From IMG/VR virus record IMGVR_UViG_3300045978_000161, positions 1 to 58,222 of that record: a stretch of DNA of 58,222 bases; one strand, 5' to 3'. A model generated the notes under the pieces. That model ran no database searches and was not told where the DNA came from. It worked only from the letters and a program-made list of their open reading frames with translations. This DNA comes from a virus (Duplodnaviria; Caudoviricetes). Below are positions 15,554 through 25,380 of the stretch, piece after piece. Numbering within the stretch: the first letter of the stretch is position 1; each line of letters begins with the position of its first letter. A program made the translations under genes and the position numbers.

Positions 15554-17617
15554 ATGCCTGTCAAGTTGAAGGCCGGTGTCGTGATAAAGATGCGGGTGTC
15601 CCGGATCGAACGCGATACCAAACAACCCCGCCAAACTTTCGACGAGGCTCCGCTGAAGGCGCTCGCCGACTCGATGAAGATCCGCCAGGAAGTACCGATC
15701 AAGGTCCGTGTCGAGGGCAAGCGGATCATCATTGTCGACGGTGAACGCCGCTGGCGAGCTGCCAAGATTGCCAAGCTGGAGTACATCGACGTGCTGGTCG
15801 ACGAGCGCAGTGACGCGCTCGATATCGCCGCGACGCAGCTCACCACCGCCGTGCAGCGCGAGCATCTGTCGCCGCTGGACATCGCGGAGTTCCTGGTCGA
15901 TCTGCAGAAGCGCGAGAAGGCAAACACCAACACGCTGCTGGCTGCGCTCGCGAAGCGCGGCATCACCGAGATCGGGCCGGCAAAGCTGGAGCGCGTCATG
16001 CGCCTTGTCGATCTGCCCGACTGGGGCAAGGAGTATGTGCGCAAGGGCGTGTTCGGCGAGAGCCACGGCGCCGCGGTGCTCCAGGTGGTTCGCTTCCCCG
16101 CGGTGCTGAAGCAGCTGCGCGGGCAGATTGCTAACGACATCAGCTGGAAGGGTGGCATCACGGTCAAGGAGCTGGTTAGCGAGGTGGAGCGCGCCGTGCG
16201 TGTCGCCGGCACCGACCTGAATCAGAAGTACGGCCAGGAGGAGGATCAGCGGCACTTCCCGATCGAGCAATGCTTGAAGTGCGAGTTCTACATCAAGATC
16301 GGCGGCGGGCAGTACTGTCAGAACCGCAAGCTGTTCGACAAGAAAAACCGCGAGGCGCTGCTGCTCAAGGCCGAGAAGGAAGCGAAGAAACAGGAGAAAG
16401 CGAAGGGCAACGGCCGCGAGCGCGAGGAGCCGGTGATCGAAACGGATCCGACGAAGGTGGAGCCGCGCAAGGTGAAGTTCGTCGACGCCAACGTGGTTTC
16501 CATGAAAGGTGTCCACTACGATCGCGCGCGGCCGCTGGACGATGCCGGCTTCGACAAGACGCAGTGCAATGGATGTCCGCACCGGCACCTGGCGAGCGCG
16601 AACGGCAAAGCCGATCACGAGGATGGTGTCGAGGATCACTGCTTCTATCCACCGTGCTTCGAGCACAAGAGCGCGAGCGATTCGCGCGTGCAGGGCCGGC
16701 GACAGAAGATGCGCGAGTACCTGGAGGCCTGGCTGCGGCCCGTCGTGGTGCGCGAGGCGCCGGCACGGCTCAACGCGAAGCAGCGCGCCGGCGTCCTGCT
16801 GTGGCTCGCGACCGGCGCCGTCGACCGTGGATCCGCATTCTACGGCGGGCAGATGCATGAGCACGCGGCACGCGCGACGGTGGCATTCCTGCAGAAGCAC
16901 CAGCTCAAGAGCTTCCCGCTGCTGATGGAGTTCGCCACTGCGAAGCTCGCGGAGGATCACGAGCGCCACCTGGTCGCGCTCGCGGTGCAGGTGATGACGC
17001 GCGAGCAGCTGCGCTGGTTCGCGCGCTACATCGCGATCGACCTGAATGATCCGGCGTTCGCGTATCGGATCGACGAGGGTTATCTGCGGCTCAAGCGCAA
17101 GGCGGAGATCATCGAACTCTGGAACACCTCAGCGATGTCATCGAAGCTGGAGCCGAACCTGTCTACGTCGCAGCTGCGCGACTGGTGTCTCGAGGTGAAT
17201 GCCCGCCAGAAGATCGGCGTGCCGGCCGACATCCAGGCGCTGTACGACGAGACCGAGGAGACGCGCGTCGACGAGGATGAGGACGATCTGCTCGATGAGG
17301 ACGATCAAACCGTCTGCATCGGCTGTGGCTGCTCCGACTTCGATGCCTGTCCGGACGGGTGCTCATGGGTCGTCCAAGGCGATCGCCGCGGCTACATGCC
17401 GGGCGGCAATGTCGGCGTCTGCAGCAACCCGGCGTGCGCACCTCATATGGAGCGGTTCCGCCGGCGGGACTTCACGCTGTCGGAGGTGGCCGAGAAACGG
17501 GTGGCGGAGCGCGACAAGCGCCGCAAGCAAGACGATGAGCAGCTCGCCGAAGCCGGCGGCGAGTTGGGCGAGATCCTCGCTGCCGGTAAAAAGCGGCGAA
17601 TGCCGCGGGAGGTGTGA
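15554..17617 (+). CDS. Large ParB/RepB/Spo0J family protein
   Basis: QPRQTFD..LKALADS; IVDGERRWRAA; QREHLSPLD; Cys clusters. Confidence 0.9.
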   Translation: MPVKLKAGVVIKMRVSRIERDTKQPRQTFDEAPLKALADSMKIRQEVPIKVRVEGKRIIIVDGERRWRAAKIAKLEYIDVLVDERSDALDIAATQLTTAVQREHLSPLDIAEFLVDLQKREKANTNTLLAALAKRGITEIGPAKLERVMRLVDLPDWGKEYVRKGVFGESHGAAVLQVVRFPAVLKQLRGQIANDISWKGGITVKELVSEVERAVRVAGTDLNQKYGQEEDQRHFPIEQCLKCEFYIKIGGGQYCQNRKLFDKKNREALLLKAEKEAKKQEKAKGNGREREEPVIETDPTKVEPRKVKFVDANVVSMKGVHYDRARPLDDAGFDKTQCNGCPHRHLASANGKADHEDGVEDHCFYPPCFEHKSASDSRVQGRRQKMREYLEAWLRPVVVREAPARLNAKQRAGVLLWLATGAVDRGSAFYGGQMHEHAARATVAFLQKHQLKSFPLLMEFATAKLAEDHERHLVALAVQVMTREQLRWFARYIAIDLNDPAFAYRIDEGYLRLKRKAEIIELWNTSAMSSKLEPNLSTSQLRDWCLEVNARQKIGVPADIQALYDETEETRVDEDEDDLLDEDDQTVCIGCGCSDFDACPDGCSWVVQGDRRGYMPGGNVGVCSNPACAPHMERFRRRDFTLSEVAEKRVAERDKRRKQDDEQLAEAGGELGEILAAGKKRRMPREV

Positions 17618-17618
17618 G

Positions 17619-17828
17619 GTGATTACGATCAACGTCAGGGTCAATGAAGGGACAGCGTTGCTGGCGGCCGCGCAGGAGACGATCGCGCTCGCGAGCCGAT
17701 TGAACTGCCACGTCGACTTCGTGTTCGAGGGTAAGCACTGCCGCGCGATGCCTGGCGGCTCGCCGGCGGCGTTCGCGAAGGCGATCGGCGAGGGCACGTC
17801 GCTGCGGATCATCGGGAGCGAGACATGA
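17619..17828 (+). CDS. Hypothetical protein
   Basis: 69 aa from GTG 17619. Confidence 0.55.
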   Translation: MITINVRVNEGTALLAAAQETIALASRLNCHVDFVFEGKHCRAMPGGSPAAFAKAIGEGTSLRIIGSET

Positions 17829-18340
17829 ACGACAGCTTTCCCAGTCTGCTGTTCGTCGTGCTGGTGGTGGCGCTCGTGGTGATCGCGGTCAGTAAGAGCT
17901 GCGAGCAGAAGGTGGCCGCGGTTCCGCCGGCGCCGGCGGCGGCGATCGAGCAGCCGCTGGTGCTCACCATGGAGGAATGCCGCAAGTTCCTGGTCGCCGC
18001 GGCCAACGATCGCGACAACGAGAACGTGCTGGTGTGGAACGCCTGCCTCGGCATCCAGGCTCTCGACTGGTGCGAGCTGCCGGTCGACGCGCAGCGCGCG
18101 CTACGTCGACACGGCGCCGCCGGGCGGATCTGCCCGGAGGACATCGCGCGCGAGGCGAAGTGCAATCCGCTGCAGATCAATCCGGAGACCGACAACAATC
18201 TGTCGCCGGCGGAGCTGCAGAAGAAGTCCCGGGCCTGGGCCGATTGCATGGGCTTCGAGTCGATCGAGTGGTGTGAGCTCGACCCGGCAAGCCGCAAGGC
18301 GCTGCAGGACATGGGAGCGCAAGGCCGCACCTGCATCTAG
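17825..18340 (+). CDS. Membrane-anchored or secreted Cys-rich protein with internal repeat
   Basis: N-terminal TM; WNACLGIQALDWCELP and WADCMGFESIEWCELD repeats. Confidence 0.7.
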   Translation: MNDSFPSLLFVVLVVALVVIAVSKSCEQKVAAVPPAPAAAIEQPLVLTMEECRKFLVAAANDRDNENVLVWNACLGIQALDWCELPVDAQRALRRHGAAGRICPEDIAREAKCNPLQINPETDNNLSPAELQKKSRAWADCMGFESIEWCELDPASRKALQDMGAQGRTCI

Positions 18341-18357
18341 CTTCTCAGGGAGGAGGC

Positions 18358-18873
18358 ATGAAGTTCAGGCCGCGGCCGCGACACGGCACGCACTCGATGT
18401 ACAACGGCGGCTGCCGGTGCGACGCCTGCCGGCGCGCGAATGCCGAGTACACGGCGCTGCGCAAGGCGGAGCGCGGCCGCGGCAACGCGAACAAGGTGAT
18501 CGACGCCACGCCGGCGCGGGAGCACATCAGGCGGCTGCAGCGCGCCGGCGTCGGCTACCGCGCGATCGCCGATGTCACCTCGCTGACGCATCGGATCGTC
18601 CTGGGGATCAAGCTCGGCCGCCGATTGAAGGCGCGTGAGCAGACGGTGAAGAAGATCCTGCGGGTCAACGTCGAGTGCCGCGCGGATGGCGCGCACGTTT
18701 CGGCGCGGTCGACCTGGCTGCGGATCCAGAAGCTGTGCGAGGAGGGGTACAGCAAGAAGGAACTGGCGAAGCTGCTCGATTACAAGATGCCGAACCTGCA
18801 GCTGCGCAAGAACAAAGTTACCGTGCGCAACCGCGCGCGGGTTGAGCGACTGTTCGAGAAACTAACAACGTGA
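18358..18873 (+). CDS. HTH DNA-binding protein with HG..Y..GCRC..C motif
   Basis: [20 protein letters not shown] followed by two HTH-like segments. Confidence 0.75.
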   Translation: MKFRPRPRHGTHSMYNGGCRCDACRRANAEYTALRKAERGRGNANKVIDATPAREHIRRLQRAGVGYRAIADVTSLTHRIVLGIKLGRRLKAREQTVKKILRVNVECRADGAHVSARSTWLRIQKLCEEGYSKKELAKLLDYKMPNLQLRKNKVTVRNRARVERLFEKLTT

Positions 18874-18883
18874 GGGAACGCCA

Positions 18884-19078
18884 ATGCTTCTACTTTCAAG
18901 ACGAGTCGGCGAGACGATCTGCATCGGGGACGACATCACCGTCACGGTGACCAGGTGCCACGGCAACCAGGTGCGCCTTGCGATCCAGGCGCCGAACTCT
19001 GTGGAGATCCACCGCGAGGAGATCTACAAGCGGGTGAAGGCGGAGCGTGCTGCTCGAGCGGCGTCGCCGGCGAGTTGA
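18884..19078 (+). CDS. csrA: Carbon storage regulator CsrA/RsmA
   Basis: [22 protein letters not shown]....[20 protein letters not shown]. Confidence 0.95.
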   Translation: MLLLSRRVGETICIGDDITVTVTRCHGNQVRLAIQAPNSVEIHREEIYKRVKAERAARAASPAS

Positions 19079-19083
19079 GGAGA

Positions 19084-19114
19084 GGGCCGCCGGGATAAGG
19101 GGACCCGGCGGCCC
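19084..19114. terminator. Hairpin between convergent operons
   Basis: GGGCCGCCGGG-N9-CCCGGCGGCCC, 11-bp stem; U tract weak. Confidence 0.55.
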
Positions 19115-19126
19115 GTCCTGTGCGGT

Positions 19127-19372
19127 CTAGCTTCCCTGCAGCCGCGCGTGATCCGACTCGATGCGGGTCAACACATCGTCCCAGTCTGCCTGGGTGACGT
19201 CACGCTCCTTCAACTTGTCGGCCACGAGCTTCATGTGCTCGTCGGTGGCCTTGCCCGCCTCGATCGCGTCGGCGACCAGGTGGAGCTTGGCTGCGCTCAC
19301 GGTGTCGCCGGCGATCGCGAGGGCGAGAGCCGCGGCGCGCAGTGCCACCACTCCGATGATTGCGCCGTTCAT
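19127..19372 (-). CDS. Small protein coupled to lipoprotein (possible lysis accessory)
   Basis: 81 aa, hydrophobic N-terminus, ATGA coupling. Confidence 0.6.
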   Translation of the reverse strand: MNGAIIGVVALRAAALALAIAGDTVSAAKLHLVADAIEAGKATDEHMKLVADKLKERDVTQADWDDVLTRIESDHARLQGS

Positions 19373-19782
19373 GGGGCACCTCCCGCGGACTTGATAGCGC
19401 GCAACAGGTTTGCGAGCTGCAAGACGGCATCGTTCACCGCAGATTGCAGTGCCTCCTGCGTTTCCGCGTTCTTGACGTTGGTGTAGGTCGCGGCGAGCTG
19501 ACGCAAGCCCGGCGTGGTGGGCGTGCCGATCACGATGTCGTGAACGGCCTTGTCCGCCTTCTTCAGCGCGTCGATCGCCGCCGGTGGTGTGCCAGGCCTG
19601 CTGGCAATGTCCGCAGCCTGCTTGACCAGTGCCGAGTAGTGCTCCGTCACGACGTAGGCGTACTCGTCGAGAGACTGCGCCTCCTGATATGCCGCCTTGG
19701 TGTTGGCGCAGCCGACCGCGAGCGCGGCCGCGGCGACGACCAGGAACAACCCGGCCAGCGGTGCTGTTCGCACATTCCGCAT
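19369..19782 (-). CDS. Lipoprotein (possible spanin-like)
   Basis: Signal peptide with lipobox LAVG-C; helical body; GGAGGA SD. Confidence 0.7.
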   Translation of the reverse strand: MRNVRTAPLAGLFLVVAAAALAVGCANTKAAYQEAQSLDEYAYVVTEHYSALVKQAADIASRPGTPPAAIDALKKADKAVHDIVIGTPTTPGLRQLAATYTNVKNAETQEALQSAVNDAVLQLANLLRAIKSAGGAP

Positions 19783-19908
19783 AAATGTCCTCCAGAAGTT
19801 GATACGAGACCCCAGATCAGCCGGTGAGACCCTAGCACGGCCAAGGGTCCCGGCGCCGGTGGCACCGTCGGGCCCCTTCCAGGGCCCCCGGCAGGGCCCT
19901 TTTCGGGG

Positions 19909-20005
19909 CTGATCAAACTGAGAATGGCGTCACCGACGGCTAGGCAAGTTCCGCCTACCATTCGCACCATACCCGGCCGCCATGGCCGGCACCCAGGAGG
20001 GCACC
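19909..20005 (+). promoter_or_regulatory. Repeated promoter/leader element, copy 1
   Basis: CTGATCAAA...TAGGC-N7-GCCTA overlapping TACCAT; CCGGCC/GGCCGG hairpin; CCCAGGAGGG; 27-nt core is 26/27 identical to copy 2. Confidence 0.8.
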
Positions 20006-20197
20006 ATGATCCGCGTCGACACCTCGGAATATCGTTTCTCCCACGGCCGCGCGCCGCGCGGCTTCGGTGTCTGGATCTTCCAGATCGGCAACCAGCAGGA
20101 ATCGACCTGGCTGCGTGGCACCTACACCGAAACGCGCAAGGCCGCCAAACGGCTCGCGCACGCGATGGGTGTCCACTCGATCAAAGTCTGCCCGTAA
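20006..20197 (+). CDS. Hypothetical protein
   Basis: 63 aa, YRFSHGRAPRGFGVWIF; motif SD. Confidence 0.8.
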   Translation: MIRVDTSEYRFSHGRAPRGFGVWIFQIGNQQESTWLRGTYTETRKAAKRLAHAMGVHSIKVCP

Positions 20198-20211
20198 CCA
20201 GGAGCGCCACC

Positions 20212-20397
20212 ATGATTGCCGCTGTCGTTTTTCCCGTTCTCTGCGATGACGAGCTGGAGACCACTCAGGAGCAGCCGCGCGCGAGCGTGCTCGCTGCCCT
20301 GGAGCTGGCCCGCGAGCGCGCACTGATCGCCGCCGGTCTCGTCACCCCGCGCGGATCCATCCAGACCGGCGGCCTGCTGCGCCGTCAGGCGGGTTGA
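20212..20397 (+). CDS. Hypothetical protein
   Basis: 61 aa, CCAGGAG SD. Confidence 0.65.
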   Translation: MIAAVVFPVLCDDELETTQEQPRASVLAALELARERALIAAGLVTPRGSIQTGGLLRRQAG

Positions 20398-20398
20398 T

Positions 20399-20644
20399 AT
20401 GCGCTACATCAGCAATGCTGCCCGCCAGCGTGCGCGCGATCGCGCCGACCGCGAGGAGCGTCTCGAAAAGGCCCGGGCTGCTGCCCAGGCGCATGTTGCC
20501 CGCGGCAGCTGCCCGGAGTGCGGCCGCGATCTTCGCCGCAACCTGGCGCTCGCCGGGTGGTGGCAGTGTTCTCAGTTCGGTGCGGTGGGATTCCGCGCCG
20601 ACGCGACGCAGCCGAGCTGCGACTTCCAGTGCTTCACCGAATGA
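20399..20644 (+). CDS. Zinc-ribbon protein
   Basis: CPECG...WWQCSQ...PSCDF. Confidence 0.7.
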   Translation: MRYISNAARQRARDRADREERLEKARAAAQAHVARGSCPECGRDLRRNLALAGWWQCSQFGAVGFRADATQPSCDFQCFTE

Positions 20645-20658
20645 CCCAGGAGATCCTC

Positions 20659-21090
20659 ATGAATGCTGTTGCCAAACCAGAATTCGAGCTTGTTGCCACC
20701 TTCCCCGCCTACCGTGTCGTCAAGCGTGTGAAACGCGGATTCCACGATCGCGGGATGATGCGGATCCACGCCGGCGAGAAACTCGGCCTGAAACGCAGTT
20801 ATGCCGGTGGTGACTACTACCAGCAGTTCACCGCCGGCAGCGTGGTGTCGTATGCCCTGGAGAACGGCCAGTGCCCGGTGCACGCGATCGACGATGCGCG
20901 ATCGAAGGACCACAAGCTGCACTGGCTGAACGCGAGCAGCACCATGCTGACCGCGGAGCCGCGGCCGCAGGAGCAGCTGATCGAGATCGCCGTTGACCAG
21001 GTGGTCTGCTTCGAGGGCTCGCTGTTCAAGATCCGCCCGGCGCCGAATCAGAATCTGGAGCTGGTGCCGTTCCAGTTCGCAGGCTGCTGA
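20659..21090 (+). CDS. Hypothetical protein
   Basis: 143 aa, CCCAGGAG SD. Confidence 0.75.
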   Translation: MNAVAKPEFELVATFPAYRVVKRVKRGFHDRGMMRIHAGEKLGLKRSYAGGDYYQQFTAGSVVSYALENGQCPVHAIDDARSKDHKLHWLNASSTMLTAEPRPQEQLIEIAVDQVVCFEGSLFKIRPAPNQNLELVPFQFAGC

Positions 21091-21115
21091 TTCCACTATC
21101 TACCCAGGAGGGCAC

Positions 21116-21601
21116 ATGATTAAGCTGTATGTACGCACCGCTGCCGGCCGCTACGAAGTGGCCGACGAGGAGACCACCCTTGAAGGCGCGGCCGCGGTGC
21201 TGGAGAGCCGCTTCCGCCACCCGGGCGTGTGCCTGAGTGCCCCGGCGCAGACGCGGGAGTACCTGGTGATCAAGCTGCGCGACAGACCGGCCGAGGTGTT
21301 CTGCGCGCTGTTCCTCGACAACCGCCACCGGCTGATCGAATTCCGCGAGCTGTTCCAGGGCACGATCGACGGCGCCAGCGTGCACCCGCGCGAAGTGGGG
21401 CGGCAGGCGCTGGAGGTCAACGCGGCCGCCGTGATCTTCGCGCACAACCATCCGTCCGGAGTCGCGCAGCCGTCCATGGCCGACGAGCTGATCACGAAGC
21501 GATTGCGCGATGCGTTGTCGCTCGTCGACATCCGCGTGCTCGATCACCTCATTGTCGGCGCGCAGGGCGTGTGCTCTTTCGCCGAACGCGGCCTGATCTG
21601 A
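21116..21601 (+). CDS. radC: RadC-like JAB domain protein
   Basis: EVFCALFLD...[13 protein letters not shown]...AHNHPSG...SMAD...LDHLIVG. Confidence 0.95.
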   Translation: MIKLYVRTAAGRYEVADEETTLEGAAAVLESRFRHPGVCLSAPAQTREYLVIKLRDRPAEVFCALFLDNRHRLIEFRELFQGTIDGASVHPREVGRQALEVNAAAVIFAHNHPSGVAQPSMADELITKRLRDALSLVDIRVLDHLIVGAQGVCSFAERGLI

Positions 21602-21623
21602 ACTCACTTCCCCAGGAGGGACC

Positions 21624-22703
21624 ATGCAAACGCTGATTGACCTTTCCGATCGTCCGGTGAAAGCCGGCGGTCACACCATCGAACAGGTGCGTGCCTTCGC
21701 GCAGCGCGAGGCGGATGCCGCCGGCGCGGAGATCGCGATCGGCTGGCAGCTGTGCAATGCCACGGGCGAGAAGGAGCTGGGCTACTGCCCGGCTGCTGTC
21801 GCCCCGTCCAACGCCTTCGTGATCGAGGTGCTGGAGACCGTGAAGCCGTACACCGGCGGCCGTGCGAATTTCGAGGCGCGGCAGGAGTCGCGCCGCGAAC
21901 GCCTTGAGAACGCGGCTAGCCGTGCGAAGGCTGAATCGTCGCGCAGGTTCAAGGCCGCGAGTGCTGCTGTCGCCGGCATTCCCTTCGGCCAGCCGATCCT
22001 GGTGGGCCACCACTCCGAGAAGCGCCACCGCCGTGACCTGGCGAGGCACGACACCAACATGCGTGCCGGCATCGAAGCGCAGAAGCGCGCCGGCGAGCTG
22101 GCTGGCCGCGCCGCGTCTGTCGGCGGTGCGGGGATCTCCTCCGACGACCCGGAAGCGGTGCGCAAGCTGCGCGAGGAGCTGGCCGCGCTCACCCAGGTGC
22201 AGGAGCAGATGAAGGCCGCGAACAAGGTGATCCGTCAGCACCGACTCGGCCGCAACGCGACTGCGGAGCAGCGGATCGCGTGCGCGAAGGATCTTGTCGG
22301 CATCGGCATGAGCAATGGCGCGGCCGCGCAGCTGGTGTTGCCGGACGTCATGGGCAACGTCGGGTATCCCGACTACCGCATGAAGAACAACGGCGCGAAC
22401 TGCCGCAGGATCGAGAAGCGAATTGAGATCCTGATGCGCAATGCCCAGGTGCCGGAGGGCGAGGTGCGCCGGTCGAGGTGCGGTGTCATCTTCCAGATCC
22501 AGGAGAACCGGGTGCAGCTCGTGTTCGAGGGCAAGCCGTCGCAAGAGATCCGCGATCGCCTGAAAGGCAATGGGTTCCGCTGGTCGCCGACGTCCGGCGC
22601 GTGGCAGCGCCAGCTGAGCAGCTCTGCCCGCTACTGGGCTAACGAGTTCATCAGCTGGCTCGATGCGCGAGCTGCTGCGGAGGTGTCCCATGCTGAAGTT
22701 TGA
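21624..22703 (+). CDS. DUF3560 domain protein
   Basis: IPFGQPILVGHHSEKRHRRD; ISSDDPEA; LKGNGFRWSP..GAWQR. Confidence 0.9.
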   Translation: MQTLIDLSDRPVKAGGHTIEQVRAFAQREADAAGAEIAIGWQLCNATGEKELGYCPAAVAPSNAFVIEVLETVKPYTGGRANFEARQESRRERLENAASRAKAESSRRFKAASAAVAGIPFGQPILVGHHSEKRHRRDLARHDTNMRAGIEAQKRAGELAGRAASVGGAGISSDDPEAVRKLREELAALTQVQEQMKAANKVIRQHRLGRNATAEQRIACAKDLVGIGMSNGAAAQLVLPDVMGNVGYPDYRMKNNGANCRRIEKRIEILMRNAQVPEGEVRRSRCGVIFQIQENRVQLVFEGKPSQEIRDRLKGNGFRWSPTSGAWQRQLSSSARYWANEFISWLDARAAAEVSHAEV

Positions 22704-22986
22704 AGGCCTTGCTGTCGGCGATCGGATCCGCGCTCAGGACTTCGAGCCGCGGCCCGGGGTGCGCGGTGATTGCTTCGTCGAGGGCACCATTGACCAGGTG
22801 GTGCCGGCGGGCAATGCGGACTTTCCCTTCTCTCACTACCGGATCCAGTGCACGCGGGATGTCTGGTGCGATGCCGATGTCGCCACGTCGCGATCGCGAG
22901 TCGGGCAGCCGGTGTTTGTGCCGATGGAATCGAGCCTGGACTGGGATTCCCGGGTCACGAAGATCGGGCCCCTCCAGGGGAACTGA
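22690..22986 (+). CDS. Hypothetical protein (SH3-like beta fold)
   Basis: 98 aa, GGAGG SD; VGDRIRAQDF...CFVEG. Confidence 0.7.
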   Translation: MLKFEGLAVGDRIRAQDFEPRPGVRGDCFVEGTIDQVVPAGNADFPFSHYRIQCTRDVWCDADVATSRSRVGQPVFVPMESSLDWDSRVTKIGPLQGN

Positions 22987-23026
22987 CGCGCTGCCATATG
23001 GGCCAGGGATGGCCCCGGTTCGCCTC

Positions 23027-23122
23027 CTGATCAAAGTGAGTGCGCCGTCACACCTTGTTAGGCAAGATCCGCCTACCATTCGCACATACCCGGCCGACGT
23101 GGCCGGGTCCCAGGAGGGCAAA
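23027..23122 (+). promoter_or_regulatory. Repeated promoter/leader element, copy 2
   Basis: Same architecture as 19909-20005. Confidence 0.8.
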
Positions 23123-23374
23123 GTGAACACGAAAGCCGACGCAGTAGAAGCCGCTTCCGACGGTGACTGGAAAACCGCGGCCGCGATCTATCGCGAAATC
23201 GGCGACGAGTTTTCCGCCCGCCAGTGTGATGACCATATCGCCCGCCAGATCGAGGCGCGTGCCAAGGCTGATGCCCGGCGCGCGGCCGATCGCGAGCGCG
23301 CTCGCGAGACGCGAGCGAAGCTGGCTGCGCTCGATCGCGCCAGCCTCGTCGCGCTCGCCAGATTGTTCAAGTAA
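23123..23374 (+). CDS. Hypothetical helical protein
   Basis: 83 aa from GTG after the motif SD. Confidence 0.7.
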   Translation: MNTKADAVEAASDGDWKTAAAIYREIGDEFSARQCDDHIARQIEARAKADARRAADRERARETRAKLAALDRASLVALARLFK

Positions 23375-23394
23375 ACCCCCAGGAGGGCCAACCG

Positions 23395-23922
23395 ATGTCG
23401 ATGTTCAATCAGGACCACTATCCACCGCGCCCGCAAGTGGCGCTCCCGTCCGTCTCCGGTGTCGTCGCGCTACTGCGCAAGGCGCAGGACAACGGCCTCA
23501 AGTACCCGAAGCTGTGGCTGCAGTTCTCCGACCAGGAGGATCTGCGGATCAGTGTCGCCGGCAGCCAGTCCCGCACGCCGGGCTATCTGATGCTGACCGA
23601 CGGCCGCCCCTTCGGTGATAACAAGTTCTTCGGCCGGATCTCGCCGGCCGGCGTGCTCGAGCTGGGCCGCGACCGCCCGCGCCAGTCTGAGGAGCTGGTG
23701 CCGCTGCTGTCGCGCCTCGCGTGCGAGCCTGCGAAGGTGGCGGCCGAGTTCGGCCACCTCACGGGCCACTGCACCTTCTGTGCACGCAAGTTGAATGATG
23801 CGCGCTCGATCGCGGTCGGCTACGGCCCGGTGTGCGCGGAGAAGTTCGGGCTGCCCTGGGGCGAGACGCGCCAGGATGCCGATGAGAGTGCCAACAACCA
23901 GGAGGAGTTGATCCATGTCTGA
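23395..23922 (+). CDS. DUF6011 domain protein
   Basis: CTFCARKLND.RSIAVGYGPVCA. Confidence 0.85.
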   Translation: MSMFNQDHYPPRPQVALPSVSGVVALLRKAQDNGLKYPKLWLQFSDQEDLRISVAGSQSRTPGYLMLTDGRPFGDNKFFGRISPAGVLELGRDRPRQSEELVPLLSRLACEPAKVAAEFGHLTGHCTFCARKLNDARSIAVGYGPVCAEKFGLPWGETRQDADESANNQEELIHV

Positions 23923-24283
23923 AGTGAAAGTGGAACGTATCAAGGCCGTCATCGCGCTGCTGGCTGAACGCCTCGCCGCCGATGGCATGAGTGCGGAGAT
24001 TTCCGCGAAACACGGCGGCCGCCCGATTCGGCTGACTGGCGACGAGGGCAACCCGATCGCCGAGATCCCGATGGTGCTGGCCGAGCTGCTGGTGAGCGAG
24101 CACGTCTCGCAAGCCGACACGGTGCTGATCTGTGCCTGGCTCGATCAGTCGGGCGAAGCGAACCGCGTGAAGCACTTCGCTGTCGGCCGCGAAGCTGGGA
24201 AGCAGGAGGTGTGCGCCGTGGTGCACCAGCTCCTCGGCATCGACCAGCTGGTGCAGGCGATCGCCAACGCGCGAGGTGCGTGA
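23915..24283 (+). CDS. Hypothetical protein
   Basis: 122 aa, AGGAGG SD. Confidence 0.7.
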   Translation: MSEVKVERIKAVIALLAERLAADGMSAEISAKHGGRPIRLTGDEGNPIAEIPMVLAELLVSEHVSQADTVLICAWLDQSGEANRVKHFAVGREAGKQEVCAVVHQLLGIDQLVQAIANARGA

Positions 24284-24444
24284 TGGAAAGCAAGGCCAAA
24301 TGGCTGATGCTGGTGGCCGCAGGGTTGTGGTTGGCGAAAGCACTCGCCAACTCGACCACTGCGGGCCAGGTGGTGCTCTGGCTGCTGATCGTGGCAGCTG
24401 GAGTGTGGATCGGCCGCGCGATCGCGCGCTGGGTGCGCCGGTGA
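24283..24444 (+). CDS. Small two-TM membrane protein
   Basis: 53 aa, TGATG coupling. Confidence 0.65.
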   Translation: MESKAKWLMLVAAGLWLAKALANSTTAGQVVLWLLIVAAGVWIGRAIARWVRR

Positions 24445-24644
24445 GCGCCGCGGCCGCCGGCCTGGTGCCGGATCTGTCGGCGACGCAGGAGATCCGCGTG
24501 TCGGTGCTGATTGCGCGGGCGGAGTACTTCCGGACGATGAAGGCCGCCCGCGACAATCTCCGCGCGACGCTCGCGGCCGCCTGTGGGCGCGCGATCAGCG
24601 ACGAGGATCTCGCCGCGGTGCTGGCGACCGGAGGTGTGCCGTGA
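24441..24644 (+). CDS. Hypothetical protein
   Basis: 67 aa, GTGA coupling at both ends. Confidence 0.55.
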   Translation: MSAAAAGLVPDLSATQEIRVSVLIARAEYFRTMKAARDNLRATLAAACGRAISDEDLAAVLATGGVP

Positions 24645-25081
24645 CCGACAAGATCATGACTGCGCACTACGCCGGCCAGCGGCAGCTGCAGGGCGGAGGC
24701 ATCGGGCACTTCTGGGTGTTCACCGACAAGGAACGGGTCTACACCAAGCAGATTGCGCCCGCGTCTGTTGGTGAGGAGTGGAGCTTCCACGTCGAGCAGA
24801 CCGGGGAGAACCTGTCTGTTACGACTGCCGGAAAGGACGCGCCGAAGCAGACCGGCGTGTGGGCGGAGGGTGAGCTGAAGAAGGCCTGGGCTGCGCTCGA
24901 TGCTGCGCACGTCCAGATCTTCCGCGAGGAGCGTGCATACAAGGCGCTTGCGAAGCGGGAGAGCGAGATCGAGCGCGCGTGTCGACCGCTGCGCGAGCTG
25001 TTCGCGACACTGCGATCGCGCGCGGACCAGGAGGCGCTGCTGCGCGCCGTGGCCGTCGAGATCAGGCGAGGTGTCAAATGA
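24641..25081 (+). CDS. Hypothetical protein
   Basis: 146 aa, GGAGG SD. Confidence 0.7.
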   Translation: MTDKIMTAHYAGQRQLQGGGIGHFWVFTDKERVYTKQIAPASVGEEWSFHVEQTGENLSVTTAGKDAPKQTGVWAEGELKKAWAALDAAHVQIFREERAYKALAKRESEIERACRPLRELFATLRSRADQEALLRAVAVEIRRGVK

Positions 25082-25380
25082 AAAAGACTGTGCTGTCCAC
25101 GACGATGCAGCACGCGCTGGATGCGTGCGTGGCCGCCGGCGGGCTGTGGCGCTGGCCTGGTGGCTGGTGGGTCGCGGAGCCGTGTCCAGACGTCAAGCGC
25201 GTCGTGGTGCCGAAGGCGCCCAACTGGTCGGCCCAGACGATCCGTGCCCTTGTCGATCGGCAGCTGCTCGTAGTGACAGGGCGCGGGCCTGGGCCTGCGG
25301 GCCCGAATAGCGGGTTCTGGATCGAGGTGAAATATGTACTTGATGCCGGCCGGGTGGCCGCGCCAGGAGGATCCACGTGA
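25078..25380 (+). CDS. Hypothetical protein (wHTH-like)
   Basis: 100 aa; RWPGGWW...TIRALVDRQLL. Confidence 0.65.
   Translation: MKKTVLSTTMQHALDACVAAGGLWRWPGGWWVAEPCPDVKRVVVPKAPNWSAQTIRALVDRQLLVVTGRGPGPAGPNSGFWIEVKYVLDAGRVAAPGGST

Noticed and set aside
15554-17617. ParB as evidence of a plasmid prophage partition system
   Set aside because: No ParA, parS array or Rep recognised; orphan ParB-like genes are common in phages.
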